DNA of 20,000 bases from an uncultured virus (IMG/VR IMGVR_UViG_3300023174_009220) (Duplodnaviria > Heunggongvirae > Uroviricota > Caudoviricetes), in the IMG/VR virus record IMGVR_UViG_3300023174_009220. One strand, 5' to 3'. How positions within the stretch are numbered: the stretch's first letter is position 1; each line of letters starts with the position of its first letter. The position numbers were made by a program, and so were the translations under genes. Shown here in pieces: positions 8,582 to 14,408 of the stretch. Under the pieces are notes generated by a model. That model was not told the origin of the DNA. It saw nothing but the letters and a program-made list of their open reading frames with translations, and made no database searches.

Positions 8582-9343
8582 TTAATTATATAAAATATCA
8601 ATCACTTCTCTATCAATAGGTGCATATTCTGTTGTTGTAGACCAACCTTGATAAAAAATACTTTCAGGATATTTGTAAGAATCATTAATAAGACCTAGTG
8701 ACTGTGTTAATTCTTCTCTTAGAAGATGTTTTTGTGCCATTTCATTTGTTGCTCTGTAAATATCAACACACATTATTCCATAATTATTCGGATACAACTC
8801 AAAATACCCCCAATTTGATTCCAATAAAGATGGGTAAACAACTTTGTAATTTTCTTGGAAATCCTGATACCCGCCAAGAAAAATAAAGAAATTTGCTTCA
8901 TCTTTATTTGACACTATCTCAATGTCAATAGGATCTATAATACTATTTAGTTCTGAAACAATTTTGTTTAATTCAGAACATAAAGATTTAGTTTTGGACC
9001 CATCAACATAAATCTTCATATTTGTAGTCCATTTTGTTGGTTTGGATTTTTTACCAGTGTATTCAGAATTTAAAGCAATTTCGTTAAAATACTCTATTGC
9101 TTCTTTTGAATGAAAAACTTTTTTTTGTTTTGGCTTTTCAACATATTCAGTTGTGCTGTTTTCAACGGTAGTGTTTTCATCACTACTATAATTTGAATTG
9201 TTTTTTGGTTTGTTAACTAACAGATGAGCTAATTCTTTGTCAGGATCAAATTCTATGTCATCTTTTCTCGTGATGATGCAAACGAAAACGAAATTGACGA
9301 TGGCAATTATTAAAATAAAGATTTTTAAAAATTTGTTTTTCAT
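8582..9343 (-). CDS. Membrane-anchored DUF2927-like (zincin-like) protein
   Basis: N-terminal TM helix, N/S/T/E linker, and HLLREELTQSLGLINDS....SIF motif. Confidence 0.75.
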   Translation of the reverse strand: MKNKFLKIFILIIAIVNFVFVCIITRKDDIEFDPDKELAHLLVNKPKNNSNYSSDENTTVENSTTEYVEKPKQKKVFHSKEAIEYFNEIALNSEYTGKKSKPTKWTTNMKIYVDGSKTKSLCSELNKIVSELNSIIDPIDIEIVSNKDEANFFIFLGGYQDFQENYKVVYPSLLESNWGYFELYPNNYGIMCVDIYRATNEMAQKHLLREELTQSLGLINDSYKYPESIFYQGWSTTTEYAPIDREVIDILYN

Positions 9344-9398
9344 GTTATTTTTTTAAAGTTTTTCTAATTCGTGTTTAACTTCTTCTCAAGGTTTCGTG

Positions 9399-9479
9399 TA
9401 TATAAATTATGTTGTTCTTCATAATTTAACTTGGTGGTCCCGCACGGGCTCGAACCGTGGACCTACTGATTATGAGTCA
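9399..9479. repeat. 81-bp perfect direct repeat, copy A (tRNA 3' part + trailer)
   Basis: Identical to 9920..10000 (offset 521). Contains the tRNA from position 29 to CCA plus a 33-nt trailer with an AATTATG/CATAATT hairpin. Confidence 0.97.
9432..9479 (-). pseudogene. 3' fragment of tRNA(CAU): anticodon loop, T arm, acceptor 3' strand, CCA
   Basis: TGACTCATAATCAGTAGGTCCACGGTTCGAGCCCGTGCGGGACCACCA with no adjoining 5' part. Confidence 0.9.
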
Positions 9480-9495
9480 TTTTCGTTTATGAAGT

Positions 9496-9897
9496 TCATA
9501 TTGTTATTTTTTTAACATTTTCTATTTCCATTTCTGGATTGTGGTATTCTCTGTGACAATTTGAACAAAGTAAGTCACATTTACTAACTTCTTCTAAGAT
9601 ATATTCCATTGATCTATTTGATAATGTTCTCATATCTAATTGAGAATCTTTCCCATTAGGGTCTCTGTGGTGAAACTCTAAAGCTGATAGATTCCTATCG
9701 TATTTACAAACCTTACAACATCCACCTAATAGTTCTATAAGATGTAATTTTCTCTTATAAGATCTTATCGTTTGTGAGTGATAAGTATTTGTTTGTTCTT
9801 TAACTCTGTCATAGTGATGTTTTTGTTTACAGTTATTTGAACAATACATCTTTTTCTGACCGGATAATTCATTATTACAAACTACACAATTTTTCAT
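9496..9897 (-). CDS. HNH endonuclease with N-terminal zinc finger (putative homing endonuclease)
   Basis: CVVC..YCSNNC zinc finger; CKVC...LEFHHRDP...KCDLLCSNCHREYH HNH core. Confidence 0.9.
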   Translation of the reverse strand: MKNCVVCNNELSGQKKMYCSNNCKQKHHYDRVKEQTNTYHSQTIRSYKRKLHLIELLGGCCKVCKYDRNLSALEFHHRDPNGKDSQLDMRTLSNRSMEYILEEVSKCDLLCSNCHREYHNPEMEIENVKKITI

Positions 9898-9919
9898 AAT
9901 AGTATTTAATTTTATACTA

Positions 9920-10000
9920 TATATAAATTATGTTGTTCTTCATAATTTAACTTGGTGGTCCCGCACGGGCTCGAACCGTGGACCTACTGATTATGAGTCA
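9920..10000. repeat. 81-bp perfect direct repeat, copy B
   Basis: Identical to 9399..9479. Confidence 0.97.
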
Positions 10001-10030
10001 GTTGCTACTAACCAACTGAGCTACAGGACC
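9953..10030 (-). tRNA. tRNA with CAT anticodon, most likely tRNA-Ile2 (lysidine type); CCA encoded; one extra T in the D arm
   Basis: GGTCCTG/CGGGACC acceptor, ACTGA-CTCATAA-TCAGT anticodon arm, CACGG-TTCGAGC-CCGTG T arm. Initiator hallmarks are absent (G1-C72 is paired, no triple GC pairs). Ile2 versus elongator Met is an inference. Confidence 0.9.
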
Positions 10031-10035
10031 AAATT

Positions 10036-10157
10036 TGGGAGTCGTTAGTGTTACCCTACTCCCACTCGTTACGTTGTCTAAGACAAGAGGCTTGACGAGG
10101 CCCATGGGCTACTTTTTACTTCGTGCGAAGTGAGTCGTGCTTGCGACCCCAGTAGCT
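10036..10157. ncRNA. Unidentified GC-richer structured segment (candidate ncRNA)
   Basis: Consecutive stems: TGGGAGT/ACTCCCA; CTCGTTA/TGACGAG enclosing TTGTC/GACAA; palindrome GCCCATGGGC; GCTACT/AGTAGC closing two hairpins (ACTTC/GAAGT and GTCG/CGAC). Confidence 0.45.
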
Positions 10158-10218
10158 AATTTCTGCTTTAGAATCATATCCTGCCTATATTTCATTATGT
10201 TATTCTCCATCGACTTTA

Positions 10219-10283
10219 GTTGCTCTAACCAACTGAGCTACAGGACCAAATTTGGTTGCTCTAACCAACTGAGCTATAGGACC
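10219..10283 (-). repeat. Two tandem 29-nt tRNA 5' fragments (10219-10247 and 10255-10283), period 36 bp
   Basis: GGTCCT(G/A)TAGCTCAGTTGGTTAGAGCAAC occurs twice, separated by the same CAAATTT leader that precedes the intact tRNA. Confidence 0.93.
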
Positions 10284-10290
10284 AATATTT

Positions 10291-10374
10291 CTAAGCTAAA
10301 AAAAGAGCCACTAATAGTATCAATGGTCCACAAGTAAGAATTAAAGCGATTGGTAAAAGATTTATATTTTTCAT
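10291..10374 (-). CDS. 27-aa hydrophobic peptide (not in the ORF track)
   Basis: MKNINLLPIALILTCGPLILLVALFLA*; the ATG lies 4 nt after a TATCTTTG -7 element. Confidence 0.5.
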   Translation of the reverse strand: MKNINLLPIALILTCGPLILLVALFLA

Positions 10375-10378
10375 ACAA

Positions 10379-10386
10379 CAAAGATA
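10379..10386 (-). promoter_or_regulatory. -7 element TATCTTTG, probably driving the peptide/tRNA(CAU) locus
   Basis: Matches TAnnTTTG; no clear -33 TTTG. Confidence 0.5.
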
Positions 10387-10427
10387 GTTATTTTTTTTAA
10401 TTAAAAAAATAAAATCATATTTTTTTA

Positions 10428-11348
10428 CTATTGGTAAAGAAAAAATCCTAAATCTTCTAATCCTCTACTCTCACCATACATAAGTGTAATTCCTTTATCT
10501 CTTATCCAATTTTCATCTGGCTCGATAAGTTCATTTTTATAGAAAAGATGACTAAAAACTAAATCACAAGCACTATTTCTAAACTCCTCAATTCCTGGAT
10601 CAGAAACAAAAGTTAAATTTTTCATATCAAACTCTTCGTCTTGGGTATCAATGTAGAATGTCCAATTGGTTATATCATCAAAATAGATAGTTACTTGTTC
10701 TTCTTTTGGTTGAGATTCTTCGAATTCGCTTAATTCAGAATATTCCAATCGACATGAAAGAAATGTAGCACCTACTTCATTTTTATTCCAGCTATAATAC
10801 TCATCTTCAGCATCAAAACCAAATTCTGAATTTAGGGATTTAAATTCATTTATTCTTTGAACATCACCATATTCTTCTGTTCCTTCTTCTACATCCTCAG
10901 CCCAAAATGTTTCACCATTACAGAAATCTTCAAGAGAAACTTCTTCTACCAAAGTTTTATCATCTACTAAAATAGAAATTTGAGCATCATTTTCAAATAG
11001 TGATATTCCATAGTAAGATCCATATTTTCTTAAATCAGGATTATCAAAAAGCCAATCTATCATTTCAAAATGACTACCCCCATTTTCAATAAAATTATTT
11101 ACTAACTCATTTAAATTTTTGAGTTTTTCTAAATCTTCCCTACTAATTGCGTTAAAAAGTGCTTCTTTTGGATCATCCCAACCATCTAAGGTAAGCGAGA
11201 AAATTAAATTTAGAAAATCATTTGCCGTTTCTACATCTTCGCCACAATATTGAAGAGCTTCTTTTACTTCATCTCTATATTCTTCTTTTAATACTCCAAA
11301 AAAATACTTTGGAATTCTACCCGATACGTTAATTTCTACTTGTGCCAT
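10428..11348 (-). CDS. Highly acidic hypothetical protein
   Basis: 306-aa ORF, very D/E-rich; no family recognised. Confidence 0.8.
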   Translation of the reverse strand: MAQVEINVSGRIPKYFFGVLKEEYRDEVKEALQYCGEDVETANDFLNLIFSLTLDGWDDPKEALFNAISREDLEKLKNLNELVNNFIENGGSHFEMIDWLFDNPDLRKYGSYYGISLFENDAQISILVDDKTLVEEVSLEDFCNGETFWAEDVEEGTEEYGDVQRINEFKSLNSEFGFDAEDEYYSWNKNEVGATFLSCRLEYSELSEFEESQPKEEQVTIYFDDITNWTFYIDTQDEEFDMKNLTFVSDPGIEEFRNSACDLVFSHLFYKNELIEPDENWIRDKGITLMYGESRGLEDLGFFLYQ

Positions 11349-11420
11349 AATTTAAAGTTTAATATCGATTTTATAAAAAATAAAAGAAAAGTTTAAATTT
11401 AGAACCACATTTTAATGGAT

Positions 11421-11453
11421 AAAAAAAAGAGACTCTTGGTGAGTCTCTTTTTT
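11421..11453 (-). terminator. Rho-independent terminator directly after tRNA-Arg
   Basis: AAAAAAGAGACTC-ACCAA-GAGTCTC followed by T8 on the minus strand; symmetric, so possibly bidirectional. Confidence 0.88.
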
Positions 11454-11454
11454 G

Positions 11455-11737
11455 TGATCCCGTTTGGATTCGAACCAAAGACCTACTGCTTAGACATACC
11501 ACTATAGCTTTCGCTACCATTTCTGTTTGTGGTCTGGACTATATCATCACCTTCAACATCACTTGTTAAGGTGCCTCCCCCTTAGTCTCTACACATTTCC
11601 TCATTTCTGAGGGTTAGCTCGGTATTACCATCACCCGAAGTGTTAAGGTTTCACCGAATTCGAGAAGTTCTATTTAATCATTTCTGACTAAACGCCCCCT
11701 TTGAGGCAGTTGCTCTATCCAGCTGAGCTACGGGACC
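11455..11737 (-). tRNA. tRNA-Arg(TCT) split by a group I intron; exons 11737-11704 and 11494-11455
   Basis: Spliced: GGTCCCGTAGCTCAGCTGGATAGAGCAACTGCCT^TCTAAGCAGTAGGTCTTTGGTTCGAATCCAAACGGGATCA, a canonical 74-nt cloverleaf; CCA not encoded. Confidence 0.93.
11495..11703 (-). ncRNA. Group I self-splicing intron, 209 nt, no ORF (IC3-like)
   Basis: 5' exon ends in U paired to G in P1 (GCCU^C/GGGGC); terminal G; P2 TTTAGTCA-GAAA-TGATTAAA; P AATTCGGTGAAA; Q AATACCGAGC; R GTAGAGACTA; S GATATAGTCC (P7 GACTA/TAGTC); P8 CACCTT/AAGGTG; P9 TAGC-GAAA-GCTA. Confidence 0.93.
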
Positions 11738-11763
11738 CAATATTTTAAGATTTTTCAAAGAGT

Positions 11764-11853
11764 TTACAACTCCCAGATACATCTTTTTTTTCGCCACTTT
11801 TTCATCCACCGATGTAGATAAATTGATAAGGCTATCTTTTTTATAAAATACAT
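11764..11853 (-). CDS. Possible 29-aa basic peptide (not in the ORF track)
   Basis: MYFIKKIALSIYLHRWMKKWRKKRCIWEL* fills the gap between the PspC-like gene and tRNA-Arg. Confidence 0.35.
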   Translation of the reverse strand: MYFIKKIALSIYLHRWMKKWRKKRCIWEL

Positions 11854-11869
11854 CTATTCTATCTATTAA

Positions 11870-12055
11870 CTAATTAAAGTTGGAAAATTCCTCCTCTTTT
11901 TCAATAAATATCCACATTAGTATATAAATCCAGAAACCAGATGGAACTAAGAAAAAAAGTAATCGAAAAAACCAAGGATTAATTCCAAAATAATTTGATA
12001 AACCACCACAAACTCCACCGATTATTTTATTTTTAGTTGACCGTTTAATTTTCAT
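11870..12055 (-). CDS. pspC: PspC domain protein
   Basis: RSTKNKIIGGVCGGLSNYFGINP...RLLF...YILMWIFI is the PspC signature. True start at ATG 12055, 4 nt after TATATTTG. Confidence 0.88.
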   Translation of the reverse strand: MKIKRSTKNKIIGGVCGGLSNYFGINPWFFRLLFFLVPSGFWIYILMWIFIEKEEEFSNFN

Positions 12056-12059
12056 ACTA

Positions 12060-12067
12060 CAAATATA
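12060..12067 (-). promoter_or_regulatory. -7 element TATATTTG before the PspC-like gene (near-leaderless)
   Basis: TATATTTG-TAGT-ATG, the same geometry as 10386-10372. Confidence 0.55.
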
Positions 12068-12110
12068 AAAAAAAGATTTTAATTTTAATATATAAAACAA
12101 AAAAGATTTT

Positions 12111-12629
12111 ATGAAACATATAAAAAATTTCAACAGCTACAAACCAGTCAATGAAGGTTTGGGATTGGCTCTTTTAGCCGGAGCTGGTTTGGCAATGTTT
12201 GCTCCGGCATTATATACTTCAGCAAAAAATTTCTGGTCTAAAAACGTAGTAGGTTCGAAATATTCAGAAACTGGAAATAAAAAACAAGTAGTTTGTAAAT
12301 TTAATAGAGATAACATTAGTCCAGCAGTAAGTTCACTTACCGAGAGTGAAAGACAATCAGGTCAAACAACTATTGAATTAAAAGAATACAAAGATATGTT
12401 TGGAAATATCTACTATGGATACGATCACGTTATCGGCGACGAAATGGGCGCAGGCGCTTTATATACAGCTATGTATAAAGCAGAAGATTGGGCAACTCTT
12501 GAATCTTGGTTAGCGGACGGTAAAAGATATGAAGGAAAAGGTTCTAAATTAGAAGTAAATCCAGTGGATTTGATATATGTAGATGATGTCAAAAATGTTA
12601 ATAGTTCTGGAACTCCAATTTCACAGTAA
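12111..12629 (+). CDS. Hypothetical protein with MKHIKNF..VNE leader and a hydrophobic G/A/L segment
   Basis: 172-aa ORF preceded by TAATATATA (12086-12094) and followed by a terminator. Confidence 0.8.
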   Translation: MKHIKNFNSYKPVNEGLGLALLAGAGLAMFAPALYTSAKNFWSKNVVGSKYSETGNKKQVVCKFNRDNISPAVSSLTESERQSGQTTIELKEYKDMFGNIYYGYDHVIGDEMGAGALYTAMYKAEDWATLESWLADGKRYEGKGSKLEVNPVDLIYVDDVKNVNSSGTPISQ

Positions 12630-12646
12630 AATTAAACAATAAAAAC

Positions 12647-12676
12647 AAAAAGAGAGACTTGGAGTCTCTCTTTTTT
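12647..12676. terminator. Bidirectional terminator between convergent genes
   Basis: AAAAAGAGAGACT-TGG-AGTCTCTCTTTTTT. Confidence 0.85.
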
Positions 12677-12900
12677 TATTTGATATGGCTAGGATTTTTG
12701 CAATTGCCTTTATGTGATCCCCATCTGTGGCTTCCTTGACCAGCTATGATATACTCACAGTTATCATAAATCACAATATCGACATAATCGTCAGATAATA
12801 CAGGGGGTTCTGTTGAAATTTCTTTTTTACTTGATTCACAAGCTGAGAAACCTATAATTAAAAATAAACAAAAAAAAGTGAAGTAAGCAAAAATTTTCAT
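12676..12900 (-). CDS. Small putative lipoprotein
   Basis: Signal peptide with FSA-C lipobox; C-terminal CEYI...HKGNCKNPSH. Confidence 0.72.
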   Translation of the reverse strand: MKIFAYFTFFCLFLIIGFSACESSKKEISTEPPVLSDDYVDIVIYDNCEYIIAGQGSHRWGSHKGNCKNPSHIK

Positions 12901-12937
12901 AGGTATTATATTGGAAAGTTATCAAAATGTTTATTAT

Positions 12938-13555
12938 TTATCCCCTGATAACTTCAACATTTTTCAAAGAAACAACAGGTCGAACTGATTCAAACACCTC
13001 TGCAACATCACCATACTGGTTCAATTTGTCGATGGTGCCTTTGGCGACAGCATATTTTGTAGTGGCTTTGATGATTTTCTCACGGTCAGCGTCTGCGATA
13101 TCCGGACAATTCTCGATAAGCATTGAGAGAACTTCGCCATATTTTTCGATCATTTGTGAATCAAAGCTAAAAGTGGTTTCTTCTTCAACGATTTCTTCAC
13201 CAAAAGTCTCACGGAGTTCTTCAGCGCGCTCTTCAGATACAGAAATATATTTATCACTTGGGACATACATAAAACTTGCGGTATCTTCTAAAACAGTCTG
13301 CACAATCATAACAGACTCTGGATTCTTTTTAGTCCTTTCAAATTCAGCAATCCACTCAGCTTTTGCGAGATCTCTCAATTCATCTGATATCATATCTGCT
13401 TGAGCCTTAGCTGACTTGAGTGTATCATTAAGTTGCTCTAATTTTTCAACTTTAGAGAAGAAGTTAGGATCAGCTACTTGAAGTCTAACCTTTTTATCTT
13501 TTGCACTTTTAGGTTTTTCAACTTGATTTTTTTTAGCTTTGGCAAATAAACTCAT
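12938..13555 (-). CDS. Hypothetical protein (basic N-terminus, coiled coil)
   Basis: 205-aa ORF with normal composition and a full consensus promoter upstream. Confidence 0.82.
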   Translation of the reverse strand: MSLFAKAKKNQVEKPKSAKDKKVRLQVADPNFFSKVEKLEQLNDTLKSAKAQADMISDELRDLAKAEWIAEFERTKKNPESVMIVQTVLEDTASFMYVPSDKYISVSEERAEELRETFGEEIVEEETTFSFDSQMIEKYGEVLSMLIENCPDIADADREKIIKATTKYAVAKGTIDKLNQYGDVAEVFESVRPVVSLKNVEVIRG

Positions 13556-13592
13556 AATTTTCTTATTTTTTGTAGTGATTAATTTTCTAATA

Positions 13593-13624
13593 CAAATATA
13601 AGAAGTTTTTAGACTTTGACCAAA
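13593..13624 (-). promoter_or_regulatory. Bacteroidota-type promoter
   Basis: TTTG (13624-13621), 20 nt, TATATTTG (13600-13593). Confidence 0.7.
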
Positions 13625-13705
13625 CTTTTTTGATAAATTTTTTTTATATCACAAAAAAAAAAATGAATAAAATTAGTCCAGAAATAAAAATAATTGAACT
13701 GCTAT

Positions 13706-14224
13706 TTACCAACCAGTTTGAGTATCGTCGTCGTTAAATGAAACTTCACTTAAAATAGAATAAAGAATAACTGATACTATAGCACCGACAACGAAAAGAA
13801 GACCATTAGAAATCAATAACCCAGTAAAAGCCGCAACAGCTGGCGCAAGCACTGACAAAACTACAAGTGATACTCCAGAAATACGAGCTATTCTTCTAAA
13901 AATTGAATTAACTTCTTCTTCTTCGTCTTCTTGATTAGATTCCACTACTAAAGGTTGTAGTTGACTAGGTTTTCCAACAAAGTATTTGCAAAATCTTAAT
14001 AACTTCATTACTTCTGACTTACCCACTTGAAGAAAACCATTTTTTATTTTCTCTAAAACATCTCTATTTTTCTCTAAATAATCTTTAGCCCACTCAGCTC
14101 CGGATTTAATCTCTCCAGATAATTTAGACATCCAATTATTGAATTTGTCTTTAATCCAACTTAGGGCTTGATTAAACCAATTTTCGTTGATTTCAAATTT
14201 TTCAAAAGTTTTGATATATCTCAT
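13706..14224 (-). CDS. Hypothetical membrane protein with MRYIKTFEKFEINE leader
   Basis: Amphipathic helices followed by two C-terminal hydrophobic segments; TAATATATA upstream (14250-14242). Confidence 0.8.
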   Translation of the reverse strand: MRYIKTFEKFEINENWFNQALSWIKDKFNNWMSKLSGEIKSGAEWAKDYLEKNRDVLEKIKNGFLQVGKSEVMKLLRFCKYFVGKPSQLQPLVVESNQEDEEEEVNSIFRRIARISGVSLVVLSVLAPAVAAFTGLLISNGLLFVVGAIVSVILYSILSEVSFNDDDTQTGW

Positions 14225-14274
14225 AATAACTTGTTTTTTTATATATATTAAAAGTTATTGTCAAAAAAATGATT

Positions 14275-14385
14275 TTATTTCTTTTTCTTTATATCTTCAA
14301 TCCACATGGAGATAGCAGAAGTTAAAACTATAACAATAAAGAAAGCAGGCACAAACCAATCTGATAGAAATTTTAATATTTTCAT
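14275..14385 (-). CDS. 36-aa single-TM peptide (not in the ORF track)
   Basis: MKILKFLSDWFVPAFFIVIVLTSAISMWIEDIKKKK*. Confidence 0.5.
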   Translation of the reverse strand: MKILKFLSDWFVPAFFIVIVLTSAISMWIEDIKKKK

Positions 14386-14408
14386 TTTTTTATTTTATTT
14401 TTATCAAA

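Noticed and set aside
902..8886. Short overlapping ORFs (902, 2876, 5355, 5803, 5957, 8217, 8698)
   Set aside because: All overlap better-supported genes in other frames and show no motifs.
10060..10110. Hammerhead ribozyme or HEARO/IscB omega-RNA
   Set aside because: CTTGACGAG resembles CUGANGA but no GAAA follows the next stem. The hairpin + GAGGCTTG only faintly recalls IS200/605-type ends, and the HNH protein is 133 aa with no RuvC or PLMP motifs.
9480..10218. The insert between the outer tRNA halves as a group I or group II intron carrying an HNH ORF
   Set aside because: No terminal G at a junction that restores the tRNA, no convincing P1 or P7 (R/S) elements, no GUGYG 5' end or domain V, and it contains a full tRNA copy.
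10001..10285. CRISPR array (29-37-bp repeats)
   Set aside because: The repeats are tRNA 5' sequence, spacing is irregular (about 190 nt and 7 nt), and there are no cas genes in the window.
10137..10337. 66-aa plus-strand ORF with repeated CSNQLSYRT
   Set aside because: It is the antisense translation of the tRNA 5' fragments.
12056..12133. Longer start for the PspC-like ORF
   Set aside because: It runs through promoter sequence and overlaps the divergent gene; the domain begins at ATG 12055.
12927..13403. 158-aa plus-strand ORF
   Set aside because: Ser-rich antisense shadow of the 205-aa minus-strand gene.
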